DNA of 64,000 nucleotides from Elusimicrobiaceae bacterium (GCA_016283355.1 JAEEMS010000026.1:28947-92946); one strand, 5' to 3'. Positions 39,530-50,659 are shown, counted from the stretch's first letter. Notes: generated by a model not told the origin, from the letters alone. Translations and numbers: made by a program.

Positions 39530-40627
39530 ATGCGTATTTTAAAACCAGAAGTTGCCAAAGCACGTAAGGAAAAAATTTTACGTTGGGTAGTGCAACAGTA
39601 TGTGGAAACGCGCCGTCCGGTCGGTTCGCAAATGATTGCGGAAGGGGCACTCAAAGATGTTTCCAGTGCTACTATTCGTAACATTATGGCGGAACTGGAG
39701 GAAGAGGGGTATTTATATCAACCGCATACATCCGGCGGCCGTATCCCTACGGATAAGGCCTACCGCTACTATGTGGATTATTTGGCAAACGTCCAAAAAA
39801 TGGCCGCCAAAGAACGTGCCCAAATCGAACAACAATATGATGCGCGCGTAAATGAAGTAGACAATATGTTGGTACAAACATCCCGGTTGTTAGCCATGTT
39901 ATCCGGCGCAGCGGGATTTGTATATACAGCTCAGGTGGAAGATCAACGCATCCAGCGGCTGGATTTTATTCCTCTGGCCCCCGGTATGATGTTGGCCGTA
40001 TTGGTTACGGAATCGGGGGCGGTCAAACATTGGCCGGTACGTAGCAATACGCTCATCAATCCGGCACGGTTGCGTCTTTTAAGCCGTTTTATTAACGAAG
40101 AAATCCAAGGCCGCACGTTAGCCGAGGCACGCCAAATTTTGTGGCAATATATTCATTCCGGACACAGGGAATTAGCCGGCGTCGCGGATGTGGCAACCCA
40201 AGTGCTTAAAGACATGGAACGCCCTCAAACCGGCGGAGACGAACTGCATGTGGAAGGCATCGGACGGCTCTTAGAAAATACCACCGAGGAAGATTACGAA
40301 GATTTAAAACAGATGATGCGTGTGGTGGAAGAACGGGAGCGGTTTTCCAATCTGCTCAATGAAAAAATGGCCGATATGGACCGCTCACAAAAGAAATTGA
40401 ATGTAAGTATTGGGAGTGAAAACGAATTAAAAGAATTGAAAAATTTAAGCATTGTTTCCACGGCCTGCCGCGTGGGAGATCGGACCGTAGGAATGCTGGG
40501 GATTATCGGTCCCAAACACATGGAATACACGCGCGTAATGGCATTGGTAAACTTTATCGGCAGTCTATTGGAAGCATCCATGAACAACTGGTCTGCACTG
40601 CCATTTGAGGATAGTGAAAATGAGTAA
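39530..40627 (+). CDS. hrcA: heat-inducible transcription repressor HrcA
   Basis: PVGS, SSATIRNIMAELEEEGYLYQPHTSGGRIPTDKAYRYYVD, GIIGPKHMEY. Confidence 0.97.
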   Translation: MRILKPEVAKARKEKILRWVVQQYVETRRPVGSQMIAEGALKDVSSATIRNIMAELEEEGYLYQPHTSGGRIPTDKAYRYYVDYLANVQKMAAKERAQIEQQYDARVNEVDNMLVQTSRLLAMLSGAAGFVYTAQVEDQRIQRLDFIPLAPGMMLAVLVTESGAVKHWPVRSNTLINPARLRLLSRFINEEIQGRTLAEARQILWQYIHSGHRELAGVADVATQVLKDMERPQTGGDELHVEGIGRLLENTTEEDYEDLKQMMRVVEERERFSNLLNEKMADMDRSQKKLNVSIGSENELKELKNLSIVSTACRVGDRTVGMLGIIGPKHMEYTRVMALVNFIGSLLEASMNNWSALPFEDSENE

Positions 40628-41168
40628 ACATAAACACACAGAAGAAGAATTACAAGAGATGGCGCAAGAAGAACAAGCCCCGCAGGAAACAGAAGATACT
40701 GCAGCGGAAACTACACCGGATTATTATGACCAGTATGTGCGTTTGAGTGCGGATTTTGAAAATTTCCGCAAACGCACCGAACGAGAAAAAGCCGCCCTTC
40801 TTGCATACGGCAAAAAAGAATTTGCCCTAAAAATGTTACCCATGTATGAGGTGTTACTACGTCAACAAAAAAAAGTACAACCCGCTAAAAGCAAAGAACA
40901 AACGCAAGAAGTAAAAGCGTTACAAGATGGGATGCGGATGATTTTAAACGAACTGGATAAGGCGTTTAAATCCGAAGGGATTACAAAAATGGACGTACTC
41001 AAAAAGCCCTATGACCCCGCCACACAAGAAGTAGTGGCCATGGTCCCAGCCAAGAAAGAAGAAGACGGCTTGGTGCTGGAAGAAGCACAGATGGGGTTCA
41101 TGATGGACGGACAAGTATTACGGCCCGCAAGTGTAATTGTAGGGCAATGTAAAGAAGAAACGAAGTAA
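40620..41168 (+). CDS. grpE: nucleotide exchange factor GrpE
   Basis: RLSADFENFRKR, YDP, GFMMDGQVLRPASVIV; ATG 40620 overlaps the hrcA stop. Confidence 0.95.
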   Translation: MSKHKHTEEELQEMAQEEQAPQETEDTAAETTPDYYDQYVRLSADFENFRKRTEREKAALLAYGKKEFALKMLPMYEVLLRQQKKVQPAKSKEQTQEVKALQDGMRMILNELDKAFKSEGITKMDVLKKPYDPATQEVVAMVPAKKEEDGLVLEEAQMGFMMDGQVLRPASVIVGQCKEETK

Positions 41169-41202
41169 TTTAAAAAATTTTTAACTGAAAAGGAGAAGTA
41201 TT

Positions 41203-43065
41203 ATGGCTAAAATCATAGGTATTGACTTAGGAACTTCCAACACGGCTGCAGCCGTCATGGAAGGGGGTAGAGGAACCATTATTCCTTCTGCAGAAGGGAG
41301 TTCCATCGGCGGGAAGGCCTTCCCGTCTTATGTAGCGTTCACCAAAGACGGACAACGGTTGGTGGGGGAACCGGCACGTCGTCAGGCCATTGCCAACCCC
41401 GAAGGCACCGTAACCGCCTTCAAACGCAAAATGGGGGAAAACTTTAAATACAACTTGCGCGGACAAGAATTCACCCCTCAACAATTATCCGCTTTTGTAC
41501 TTCAAAAAGTAAAAAAAGATGCCGAGGCCTTTTTGGGTGAACCGGTAGAAAAAGCTGTTATTACCGTTCCGGCTTATTTTAATGACAACCAACGCCAGGC
41601 CACCAAAGATGCCGGACGCATTGCCGGGTTAGACGTCGTACGTTTGGTAAACGAACCGACCGCTGCCGCTCTGGCATTTGGTATCGACAAAGCCGGTAAA
41701 GAGCAAAAAATTATGGTATTCGACCTCGGCGGAGGAACGCTCGATGTAACCATTATGGAAATGGGCAAAGAAGGTACATTTGACGTGCTTTCTACTTCCG
41801 GTGATACGCAATTGGGCGGTACCGATATGGATAACGCTATCATCAAATGGATGGTGGATGATTTCCGCAAACAAACCGGTATTGATTTGTCCAACGACAA
41901 ACAAGCGGCCCAACGCTTGAAAGATGCGGCCGAAAAAGCCAAAATCGAACTTTCCACTACCATGGAAACGGATATCAACTTGCCGTATATTACGGCCGGT
42001 GCGGACGGTGCCAAACACTTGGAAATGCGCTTGTCGCGCGCCAAATTGGAAAGCTTGGTGGACGATATCGTAAAACGTTGCGGAAAATCTGTTAACCAGG
42101 CCTTGAGCGATGCCAATTTGACAACCAGCCAAATCGACCGCATCATCTTAGTCGGTGGACCGACCCGTATGCCGATCGTACAAAAATACGTGGAAGACCT
42201 TGTAGGTAAAAAAATTGAACGCGGTATTGACCCGATGGAATGTGTGGCAATCGGCGCTTCCGTACAAGCCGGTATTTTAACCGGGGAAGTAAAAGACGTA
42301 CTCCTTTTGGACGTCACGCCGCTTTCGCTGGGCTTGGAAACGTTGGGCGGTGTATGCACACGGCTTATTGAACGCAACACCACCATCCCGGTGCGCAAAA
42401 CGCAGATTTTCTCTACGGCATCCGACAATCAACCTGCCGTAACGATTAACGTTTTGCAAGGGGAACGCCCGATGGCCAAAGATAACGTGCCGCTCGGGAA
42501 ATTTGACTTGGATGGCATTCCGCCGGCTCCGCGCGGCGTACCGCAAATCGAAGTAACGTTTGATATTGATGCCAACGGTATTTTGAATGTAACTGCCAAA
42601 GACCTCGGCACCAACAAAGAACAACACATCACAATTACTTCGTCCAACAAATTGAGCGATGCCGAAGTAGATAAGTTTGTAAAAGAAGCCGAAAAGTTTG
42701 CGGAAGAAGATAAAAAACAAAAAGAAATTATCGAAGCCAAAAACACCGGCGACAGTGTTGTTTTCCAAACGGAAAAAGCACTCAAAGAATACGGGGATAA
42801 AGTATCTCAAGAAGAACGCGGCAAGATTGAACAAGCGTTAAGCGACCTCAAAGAAGCGCTCAAAGGTACTGATGCTGCCCGTATGAAATCCGCCACGGAT
42901 GCGGCTTTACAAGCCAGCCAAAAATTAGGCGAAGCCATGTATAAAGCCCAAAACGCACAAGCGGGTGCCGCCGGTGCACAACAAGCCGGCCCGCAACCGG
43001 GTGCACAAGCCCAAGCGTCCGCAAACAAAGAAGATGTAGTGGAAGCTGAAGTGGTTGATAAATAA
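41203..43065 (+). CDS. dnaK: chaperone DnaK
   Basis: [41 protein letters not shown]-type tail. Confidence 0.99.
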   Translation: MAKIIGIDLGTSNTAAAVMEGGRGTIIPSAEGSSIGGKAFPSYVAFTKDGQRLVGEPARRQAIANPEGTVTAFKRKMGENFKYNLRGQEFTPQQLSAFVLQKVKKDAEAFLGEPVEKAVITVPAYFNDNQRQATKDAGRIAGLDVVRLVNEPTAAALAFGIDKAGKEQKIMVFDLGGGTLDVTIMEMGKEGTFDVLSTSGDTQLGGTDMDNAIIKWMVDDFRKQTGIDLSNDKQAAQRLKDAAEKAKIELSTTMETDINLPYITAGADGAKHLEMRLSRAKLESLVDDIVKRCGKSVNQALSDANLTTSQIDRIILVGGPTRMPIVQKYVEDLVGKKIERGIDPMECVAIGASVQAGILTGEVKDVLLLDVTPLSLGLETLGGVCTRLIERNTTIPVRKTQIFSTASDNQPAVTINVLQGERPMAKDNVPLGKFDLDGIPPAPRGVPQIEVTFDIDANGILNVTAKDLGTNKEQHITITSSNKLSDAEVDKFVKEAEKFAEEDKKQKEIIEAKNTGDSVVFQTEKALKEYGDKVSQEERGKIEQALSDLKEALKGTDAARMKSATDAALQASQKLGEAMYKAQNAQAGAAGAQQAGPQPGAQAQASANKEDVVEAEVVDK

Positions 43066-43084
43066 TCCTTTCGCGGGGGAAATG

Positions 43085-43114
43085 AAAGCCCGGTCTTTCT
43101 GACCGGGCTTTTTT
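43085..43114. terminator. terminator after dnaK
   Basis: aaagcccggtc/gaccgggcttt stem plus T-run. Confidence 0.85.
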
Positions 43115-43130
43115 AGTGGAAAAATTTCCG

Positions 43131-44546
43131 TTATTTTTCGTACGCCATACAACAATTGCCCAACATACACGTTTTGCAAATACTGGAAGCATGTACTTCT
43201 TTCAATGCATTGAGCAATTTACGGGCAAAATCCGTAAGCGTCGGGTCACGCGCCCCGAGAACTAAAATAATATCGCCTGGTTGAGCGGCAGCCGCAATTT
43301 GAGAAAGCAATTTCTCACGGCATTCACTATAACTTACGTTTACCCCGCGCCCTTTGAGTCCTTCATAAATAGTACGGCACGAAACTCCTTGCGGAATTGT
43401 TCCTCCCGGGTAGTATACCTCCGTCAGCCATAAATGATCGTCTTTGCCAATGCTTTTTGAAAAACTATCCACAAATTCATTGGATAAAAGTTTGATAGAA
43501 GCAAAAGCATGCGGTTGGTAAAAAGCCAACACCCGTTTCCCGCGTAAGTGAGCCGCCGCAATGGTAGCTGCTAATTTGTGAGGATTATGGGCAAAATCAT
43601 CCACCACTTCAATTTTGTTAAAGGTGCCAATGCTGGCAAAACGGCGAGCAATCCCTGTAAATTTACTTAGTGCTTTGGCACAGGTTTCCAAATCCACCCC
43701 CATTTCCAACGCCGCTGCCACGGCCGCCGTAGCATTTGCCACATTGTGCACCCCCGGGATTTGCAACCGGAACGGTTGGCCTTTAATTGTAAAGTCCGAA
43801 CCAAATCCGTCCACTTTTATCTCGCCGGGATGAACATCTCCCATGGATAACCCGAAGGATTTGACCTGCGGGGCCAATGTGCGCAAATTTTCTTCTTCCG
43901 CGTTGATAATTGCCGTCTTACAATGTGAAATAAATTCTTTAAAATATCCTTGGAGTACTTCTATTTCCTTGTGGTCTTTTTGCAAATTCAAACACAATCC
44001 CAAATGCGGTTTATATTTCACAATCGAACCATCGCTTTCATCGGCCTCTATTACCAAAATATCGGAATCTCCCTTATACACGTTACCAAAAACGCCTTGG
44101 TCTTTTTGTAACGATAAAATGGAGGCCCCTGTAATCACGGAAGGGCTGAGTCCGGCAAACGCCAAAATGTCATACACCATGGCGGTTGTGGTGCTTTTTC
44201 CGCTGGTACCCGAAACGGCAATCGTCCGGTGGGAGGCCACGTGTTTGGCCAAAAGTTCCGAGCGGTGCATGGTAGGAATATTCAATTTTCGTGCCTTTTG
44301 AAGTTCCGGATTATCTTCTTCAATTGCGGAAGATAAAACTACTAATTCCGTTTTTTCGTCAATTCCGCTACCGTCCTGCGGGAAAAGGCGGATATTAAGC
44401 TCTCTTAAATACTTCCACAGCGCCATATCCGTATATCCCTTGCTAATAAGTCGGTCCGAACCCGTCACCTCGTCTTTTCCCATTGCATGCAACTGCGCCA
44501 AGGCGCTCATTCCAACTCCACCGATACCTACAAAATGAATTTTCAT
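43131..44546 (-). CDS. murC: UDP-N-acetylmuramate--L-alanine ligase family (MurC/Mpl-like)
   Basis: HFVGIGGVGMSALA, GSD, VSGTSGKSTTT, EADESD, DDFAHNP, QPH. Confidence 0.85.
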   Translation of the reverse strand: MKIHFVGIGGVGMSALAQLHAMGKDEVTGSDRLISKGYTDMALWKYLRELNIRLFPQDGSGIDEKTELVVLSSAIEEDNPELQKARKLNIPTMHRSELLAKHVASHRTIAVSGTSGKSTTTAMVYDILAFAGLSPSVITGASILSLQKDQGVFGNVYKGDSDILVIEADESDGSIVKYKPHLGLCLNLQKDHKEIEVLQGYFKEFISHCKTAIINAEEENLRTLAPQVKSFGLSMGDVHPGEIKVDGFGSDFTIKGQPFRLQIPGVHNVANATAAVAAALEMGVDLETCAKALSKFTGIARRFASIGTFNKIEVVDDFAHNPHKLAATIAAAHLRGKRVLAFYQPHAFASIKLLSNEFVDSFSKSIGKDDHLWLTEVYYPGGTIPQGVSCRTIYEGLKGRGVNVSYSECREKLLSQIAAAAQPGDIILVLGARDPTLTDFARKLLNALKEVHASSICKTCMLGNCCMAYEK

Positions 44547-45217
44547 TTTTTTCGTTCCTTTAATTTAAAATTTGCAAAATTTTTCATCGTATAAAAACCG
44601 CCCGGCATTTTTACCAGCCAAGCAGCAATTTCCAATGCGGACTGCGCAAACAAATCGCGGTTCGTTGCTTCGTGTGAAAGAGTAATGGTGTCCATGAGCC
44701 CTTTAAAAGAGGCAATGTGTGTTCCCACTACTTCCCCCGTCCGTTCATAGGTTACTTTTTCATGAGGCAAATCCAATACCTCCGCCAACCGTTTGGCCGT
44801 GCCGCTGGGAGCATCCTTTTTATGCACGTGATGAATTTCGTGCAAAGATACTTCATATCCCCTGTACATTGATTCCGCTTGCCGGACAAGTTCCGTAAAA
44901 AAATAAACACTTAAACTTACGTTGGGCGCATAAAAAACCGGAATTTTTGTTGTTTCTTGCATTTGAAATAAAAACAAATCCGGCAAATTCGTCGTTCCCG
45001 TTAAAAACGGTTTTTTTTGCAATTTTGCCAAAGCAAAAGATTCCTGTGCCCCTTCCGGTGTTGAAAAATCAATTACCAAATCAAAGGGATCCCGGATTTC
45101 TTGACCGCGGGTGCGCAAAACAGCCGGAGATAGTCCTAATTCCGGGTGTTCTTTCATTAAACGCGCCAGGGCCTGCCCCATTTTTCCGTTGGCCCCGTTG
45201 AGTAATACTTTTTTCAT
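44543..45217 (-). CDS. dapB: 4-hydroxy-tetrahydrodipicolinate reductase
   Basis: GANGKMG, DFSTP, GTT, APNVS, EIHHVHKKDAPSGTA. Confidence 0.93.
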   Translation of the reverse strand: MKKVLLNGANGKMGQALARLMKEHPELGLSPAVLRTRGQEIRDPFDLVIDFSTPEGAQESFALAKLQKKPFLTGTTNLPDLFLFQMQETTKIPVFYAPNVSLSVYFFTELVRQAESMYRGYEVSLHEIHHVHKKDAPSGTAKRLAEVLDLPHEKVTYERTGEVVGTHIASFKGLMDTITLSHEATNRDLFAQSALEIAAWLVKMPGGFYTMKNFANFKLKERKK

Positions 45218-46093
45218 CTAAAATTTCTCCAATAACAATTCTACAATTTGCCGTCCGTTCATAGCAGCCCCTTTTAACAAATTATCAAAGGTTACAAAAT
45301 AGTGTATCACGCAAGGATCTTCCACATCTAAACGGAGACGGCAGATAAAAGTTTCTTCTTTCCCGCTCACTTCTTTGGGGGTGATTACTTTTTCGCTATA
45401 TATCAAGTTGGGGAAATTATTCCACTGTTTTTTTACTTGTTCCAAATCAAACGGTTTATCCGCCCGAAGGGTAACCCCCAGGGAATGGGCATTTTCTACG
45501 GAAACCCGTACCGTATGACAATAAACTTTGATATCCGGAATTTCCAGAATTTTACGCGTTTCATAAAGCCCTTTTAACTCTTCGCTGGTGTGCCCGTTTG
45601 CTTGAATAGAACCGATTTGCGGCACGCAATTATTTGCGTATAGTGAACCCGGCGTATGGAAATCATCTAACAAGGGTTTTCCCCCGCCGCTAATAGCTTG
45701 ATAGGAGCAAAAAAACACTTCTTTAAAATGATAAAACGGTTTGAGCGGGGCCAAACTCATAACAAGTCCCGTGGTGGTACAGTTTGGGCTTGCGATAAGT
45801 CGGGTTGTTTTTGTGATTGTATGTGGATTGATTTCCGGAATGACAAGCGGAACGCCTTGCGTCATACGAAATTGAGAGGACATATCTACCAAAAATCCAA
45901 CGCGATTTTTGAGTTGCGGCACCAACCGTTCGCTAACAGGGTTGTCCGTGCACAATACCGCAATATCCAACGCAGGAATTTCATCGTTGCGACCAAATGT
46001 TTTTAATGTGAAAGGCGTTTTAATTTTTTTGAATTGGGATAATAATTTTTGCCCCACGGTCCCGTTTACACCTATAATTCCTACTGTTTCCAT
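45218..46093 (-). CDS. asd: aspartate-semialdehyde dehydrogenase (compact)
   Basis: ATG 46093 (METVGIIGVNGTVG); SSQFRM, PLVIPEIN, SPNCTT, SYQAISGGG, RVSVENAHS, DNLLKGAAMN. Confidence 0.92.
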   Translation of the reverse strand: METVGIIGVNGTVGQKLLSQFKKIKTPFTLKTFGRNDEIPALDIAVLCTDNPVSERLVPQLKNRVGFLVDMSSQFRMTQGVPLVIPEINPHTITKTTRLIASPNCTTTGLVMSLAPLKPFYHFKEVFFCSYQAISGGGKPLLDDFHTPGSLYANNCVPQIGSIQANGHTSEELKGLYETRKILEIPDIKVYCHTVRVSVENAHSLGVTLRADKPFDLEQVKKQWNNFPNLIYSEKVITPKEVSGKEETFICRLRLDVEDPCVIHYFVTFDNLLKGAAMNGRQIVELLLEKF

Positions 46094-46095
46094 TT

Positions 46096-46980
46096 TTAAA
46101 TCCTTAACGAAGCATCCGTGCGCATTAACAACGCATCTATTTTTGCTTTGTTTTCCGCCGACACCGGGCCCAACGGTAACCGGACCGTTTCTCCGCAAAA
46201 TCCCAATTGGCTAAGCATGTATTTTACACACGTTGGGTTTGTTTCCAAATAACAAGCTTTGATCTGCGCATAAATAGAAGCGAACAAATCAAAAGCTTGC
46301 GCGGTTTGCCCTGATTTAAATAAATTGTAAATTTTTACAAAGGAAGGTGCAAAAACATTTGCGGCCGCACTGATAATTCCCGATGCGTTAATGGCCAAAT
46401 ATTGTGGGAAAAGATCGTCATTCCCGCACACATAATCCAGCCGTTTCGTGTATTTTACCGCCGTATCGGTTACGTGTGTCATATCATAATCCGATTCTTT
46501 AATCGCTTTAATTTGCGTAACGGACGTCAAAAGTTTTTCCAAAACGGAAGCGGGGACTTTTAATCCCGTTCTTCCGGGGATGTGATACAACACAATGGGT
46601 AATCCTATCTGTGCAACTTGACGATAATGTTCAATTAATCCCGCTAGATTGGGTTTGTTGTAATACGGGGTAACTACCAATACGCCGTCCGGTTCAAAAG
46701 CGCATGCCTGACGGGTAAGTTCCAATGTAGTAGTCGTACAGTTCGTGCCGGTACCGATAATAATTTTACTTTTCCCACGCAACCGTGCCGTACAAAAAGA
46801 AAGGAGCTCCTGCCGTTCCGCTACCGTTAATGTGGCCGCTTCGGCCGTAGTTCCCAACAATACAAAACCGTGAACCCCAGCGGCTAATTGCGCAAATAAT
46901 AATTTTTCAAGCGCCTCATAATCTACTTTTCCGTCCGGTTGAAACGGCGTCGCCAACGCTGTATAAACCCCTTCCAACAT
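46096..46980 (-). CDS. dapA: 4-hydroxy-tetrahydrodipicolinate synthase
   Basis: ALATPF, GTTAE, VTPYYNKP, YHIPGRTG, IKESD, TNPTCVK. Confidence 0.95.
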   Translation of the reverse strand: MLEGVYTALATPFQPDGKVDYEALEKLLFAQLAAGVHGFVLLGTTAEAATLTVAERQELLSFCTARLRGKSKIIIGTGTNCTTTTLELTRQACAFEPDGVLVVTPYYNKPNLAGLIEHYRQVAQIGLPIVLYHIPGRTGLKVPASVLEKLLTSVTQIKAIKESDYDMTHVTDTAVKYTKRLDYVCGNDDLFPQYLAINASGIISAAANVFAPSFVKIYNLFKSGQTAQAFDLFASIYAQIKACYLETNPTCVKYMLSQLGFCGETVRLPLGPVSAENKAKIDALLMRTDASLRI

Positions 46981-47065
46981 AAATCCTCCCTAAAACTAGA
47001 ACATGCTCCTATTTTAGCACTTTAAATTAGTATAATAAATTAACATCTTTTCGTACGAGGTTTTT

Positions 47066-48166
47066 ATGACAGAAAATCAGAAAGATACTTTTAGCAATAC
47101 CGGAATTCCAAAAGCAATATGGGAGAAACGTCTTATGGAAAACGAAAAAACCGTCTCTACCAGTTTAACTTCTCAACCTGCCTCCCAAGAAAAGCCCGCT
47201 GCGCTCAATTGGGTAGCCGTTACATTGTTGGTTCTTTTTTCTATTTCCGCTGTATGCGGCCTTTTTTTAACACTCAAACCGCTTCATCCAAAAGAAACCG
47301 TTAAAGAAGAGGTAAAGGAAGATAAGGAATCTTCTCTTTTATCCGCGCTCGGCACCAAAAAAGGAGAAATTGCCTGGATTAGAATTTATGGAGTCATCTC
47401 TCAAGATAACAACTCCGGCCCTTTTACGCGCCCATCAGGGGCTTCCGCCATTGCAAAAAAAATCCGAGAAGCCGGAGAAGATAACAATGTCAAAGCGATT
47501 GTGCTCGATATTAACTCCCCGGGTGGAACGGTCGCTTCCGTACAAAACATTTACAGTGAAATTTTAAAAGCCAAACAAAATAAAAAAGTAGTGGCTTTAT
47601 TTCGGGACGTAGCCGCCAGCGGGGGTTTTTACGTTGCCATGGCCGCCGACAAAATCGTAGCGGAACCGGGTACAATTACAGGGTCCGTAGGGGTAATCAT
47701 GCAAACCAGCAACTTGGAAGGATTGTTTGATAAAATCGGTGTAAAAATGATTCCGATTACCTCCGGGAAATACAAGGATATCGGTTCTGCCTATCGTCCA
47801 ATGACAGAAGAAGAGAAGGCCCTCCTGCAAGACATGGTGGATGATACGTATACACAATTTTTTGAAGCCGTAAAAGCCGGCCGCCCGCAAGTAAAAGAAG
47901 ATGTTTTGCGCCAATATACCGACGGTCGCGTTTTCACGGGACAACGTGCTTTTAACTTAGGATTTATTGACCAACTCGGCGGAGAAGATACCGCTTTGCA
48001 ACTGGCGGGAGAATTGGCCGGAATTGAAAACCCCAAAATTATTTCTCGCTCCGGGAATTTGAAGGAAATATTGTTTTCCTTCGGTTCTTCGTTAGACAAT
48101 CGCAGCGTAGCCAAACAGCTGCAAAGTTTAACCACTCCCAGTGTTTCGTATTTGTGGATTCAATAA
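47066..48166 (+). CDS. sppA: signal peptide peptidase SppA (S49)
   Basis: DINSPGG, AASGGFYVA, TGSVGV, SGKYKD, DGRVFTG. Confidence 0.93.
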   Translation: MTENQKDTFSNTGIPKAIWEKRLMENEKTVSTSLTSQPASQEKPAALNWVAVTLLVLFSISAVCGLFLTLKPLHPKETVKEEVKEDKESSLLSALGTKKGEIAWIRIYGVISQDNNSGPFTRPSGASAIAKKIREAGEDNNVKAIVLDINSPGGTVASVQNIYSEILKAKQNKKVVALFRDVAASGGFYVAMAADKIVAEPGTITGSVGVIMQTSNLEGLFDKIGVKMIPITSGKYKDIGSAYRPMTEEEKALLQDMVDDTYTQFFEAVKAGRPQVKEDVLRQYTDGRVFTGQRAFNLGFIDQLGGEDTALQLAGELAGIENPKIISRSGNLKEILFSFGSSLDNRSVAKQLQSLTTPSVSYLWIQ

Positions 48167-48167
48167 T

Positions 48168-48731
48168 ATGAATTTTCTACAATCTTATTTTAACTACATG
48201 AAAAATCCCGACGGGAATTGGTATCGTTTGCTCCCTAACCGCTCTTTCGCAGCCGCGTGTGTGGGATATCTGGTGGCAGCTATCGCCTGGGTCGTATTTT
48301 TTAACATAGGGGACGGTTTAAATGTCTTTTCGCTAACAACCAAATTGTTCTTTGTCTTTTTAGCGGAGATTACCCTCGGTTATTTTATCGCCTCTTTAAC
48401 AGGAATGTTGCTGAGTTTTCAAAAAATACCGGTTCCTTCTTCCGATTTGTTTGCGCTGTTGGGCTCTGCCGGGTTTATTAAAACACTTCTTCTTATAGGG
48501 GCATTGGTTTTTACCTGCTTCCCGCACGCGCATGTAAAATTTCTTTCTTTTCTCCTCTTGCTGTTTGTTTTGGGGTTGCAGTTTTTCTATTTGTCAAACG
48601 TGCTTAAACAATGGGGAAATATTTCCTTCGGTCGGGCTTTCTTGTACTGGATGATGGGAATTTTCCCGGGATTTGTTTTGTTTGGCTTATTGGGTGTTTT
48701 TGTGTTGTGGGGAATTATCCTTTTATTCTAA
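48168..48731 (+). CDS. hypothetical multi-pass membrane protein (Yip1-like topology)
   Basis: ATG 48168 one base after the sppA stop; about five hydrophobic helices. Confidence 0.7.
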   Translation: MNFLQSYFNYMKNPDGNWYRLLPNRSFAAACVGYLVAAIAWVVFFNIGDGLNVFSLTTKLFFVFLAEITLGYFIASLTGMLLSFQKIPVPSSDLFALLGSAGFIKTLLLIGALVFTCFPHAHVKFLSFLLLLFVLGLQFFYLSNVLKQWGNISFGRAFLYWMMGIFPGFVLFGLLGVFVLWGIILLF

Positions 48732-48743
48732 TCGGGGAACACC

Positions 48744-49439
48744 GTGCCACAATATTTTGCCGATATTAAAGAAAAAGAATTCTTTTTAACAGACGCAGAA
48801 GCTCATCACGCGGCTGCCGTGGCACGCCATAAAGAAGGGGATAAAATCCGCGTATTTAACGGCACCGGGAAACAGTTTATCGCCCGTATCGACAAAATTC
48901 AAAAAAAATTCGTTCGCGGCACGTTACTAACCCCTTGTGAAATTCGCCGTGTTCCTTTGCAGCTCACATTATGTTTTGTCCCCAATTCCCGTATCGGGTT
49001 AGAAGAGGTACTCGATAAAGGTACCCAATTGGGCGTGGCTTGTTTCCAACCGTTACTATCGGCCCGTAGCGAATACGATATTTTGAAAAAATGGGATGGG
49101 AAAAATGACCGTTGGCATCAAATTATGCTCAGCGCTTGCAAACAATGCAACACGCCGATCCTCCCACAAATTTTGCCACCTGTAAAATTCTCACAAGCCC
49201 TTGCGCAAAAAACACCTTCTTTGTTAGCATATGAAGCCGAACAAACCCATACCCTTGCTTGGGGGATGAAACAGTTGCAAGAACCCAAAGAGGTACGTGT
49301 TTTTGTTGGTCCGGCCGGGGGTTGGACCCTGCAAGAAGTTTCCCTGGCTCAAACTTCCGGCGTATTGCCCGTTACATTGGGAGTTAATATTTTGCGCGCG
49401 GAAACGGCTTGTATCGCCGTGGCAGCAAAATTATTATGA
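48744..49439 (+). CDS. rsmE: 16S rRNA m3U1498 methyltransferase
   Basis: HHAAAVAR, KGTQLG, ACKQC, VGPAGGWT, LGVNILRAETA. Confidence 0.93.
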   Translation: MPQYFADIKEKEFFLTDAEAHHAAAVARHKEGDKIRVFNGTGKQFIARIDKIQKKFVRGTLLTPCEIRRVPLQLTLCFVPNSRIGLEEVLDKGTQLGVACFQPLLSARSEYDILKKWDGKNDRWHQIMLSACKQCNTPILPQILPPVKFSQALAQKTPSLLAYEAEQTHTLAWGMKQLQEPKEVRVFVGPAGGWTLQEVSLAQTSGVLPVTLGVNILRAETACIAVAAKLL

Positions 49440-50659
49440 CATCTTTTTTTATCAAAACATTCGGTTGCCGGGTTAACCAGGTAGAAAGCCAAGCTATTTT
49501 GGAACAATTCCTACGTAGCGGTTATTTCCCCGCCCCTTCTTTTGAAACAGCCGATATTTGTTTACTCAATACTTGTAGCGTTACCCATCAAGCCGATAAA
49601 GATGTGGAAAAACTCATCCGTCAAATTTTACGCCGCAATCCACATGCCCGTCTCGTTTTAACGGGATGTTATGCCGCAACACACCAAGACCATATTCGGG
49701 CAGTTTTCCCCCGCGCACAAATTATCGGAAAATACGATTTGGGCAAAGAACTTTTTCAAACAAAAGATATTTGTTGGACCGTTTCCGGCCACGAAGGGCA
49801 CAGCCGGGCTTTCATTAAAATACAGGATGGATGCGATAATTTTTGCTCGTATTGTTTAGTTCCCTATGCCCGCCGAGAAAAACGCTCAAAACCGTTGCAA
49901 GATGTCTTGCAAGAGCTTCGTACGCTTTCGCAAAAAGGATTTTTGGAAATTGTTTTAACCGGTATCAATATCGGCAATTACCGTTGCCCGCAAACCGGGG
50001 CCGATTTAGCTGCTTTATGCACGGCTATTGCCCCGTTGCCGGGGATTTGGCGGGTGCGTTTTTCTTCCATAGAACTGCCCACGGTTACCGATGGCATCAT
50101 AGAAGCCATGCATCGGTTTCCGGCTCGTTTTTGCAATTATTTTCATTTACCGCTTCAATCCGGTTGTGACAAAATTTTAAAAGAAATGAACCGGCATTAC
50201 ACCACCCAAACTTATCAACACCGTGTAGAACAGTTGCGCACAGCCGTTTCCGGTATCGGTATTTTTGCGGACGTAATTGCCGGGTATCCCACAGAAACCG
50301 AAGAAGATTTTCAAACTACTTATCAATTTATCAAACAACTCCACCTTTCCGGTCTGCACGTATTTAGTTATTCCCCCCGCCCCGGCACCCCGGCCGCGGC
50401 TCTTCCCCAACTACCAACCGAGGAAATAAAACATAGGGCCGATAAGTTACGTGTTTTGGATCAGCAATTGCGGGCGGACTTTGCTGCTTCTTTGGTTGGC
50501 ACAGAACAAACTTTATTTATGGAAGAGCGCCAAGGTCTCCCGCAAGGCATTACGGCCAACTTTCAAAACGTGTTCACAGACCGCACGGCCCACGGATTAG
50601 TACGCGCTAAAATTACACGCAACGAAGGCAACAAGTGCTTCGGACAAATTATTTTGTGA
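49436..50659 (+). CDS. mtaB: tRNA threonylcarbamoyladenosine methylthiotransferase (MiaB-like radical SAM)
   Basis: TFGCRVNQVES, NTCSVT, KIQDGCDNFCSYC (CxxxCxxC); follows rsmE; ATG 49436. Confidence 0.9.
   Translation: MTSFFIKTFGCRVNQVESQAILEQFLRSGYFPAPSFETADICLLNTCSVTHQADKDVEKLIRQILRRNPHARLVLTGCYAATHQDHIRAVFPRAQIIGKYDLGKELFQTKDICWTVSGHEGHSRAFIKIQDGCDNFCSYCLVPYARREKRSKPLQDVLQELRTLSQKGFLEIVLTGINIGNYRCPQTGADLAALCTAIAPLPGIWRVRFSSIELPTVTDGIIEAMHRFPARFCNYFHLPLQSGCDKILKEMNRHYTTQTYQHRVEQLRTAVSGIGIFADVIAGYPTETEEDFQTTYQFIKQLHLSGLHVFSYSPRPGTPAAALPQLPTEEIKHRADKLRVLDQQLRADFAASLVGTEQTLFMEERQGLPQGITANFQNVFTDRTAHGLVRAKITRNEGNKCFGQIIL

Noticed and set aside
41574-42834. Long antisense ORFs opposite dnaK (284, 185, 167 aa)
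   Set aside because: Well-known artefact of dnaK codon bias producing open antisense frames.
43066-43130. Absence of dnaJ after dnaK
   Set aside because: hrcA-grpE-dnaK with dnaJ located elsewhere is a common arrangement.
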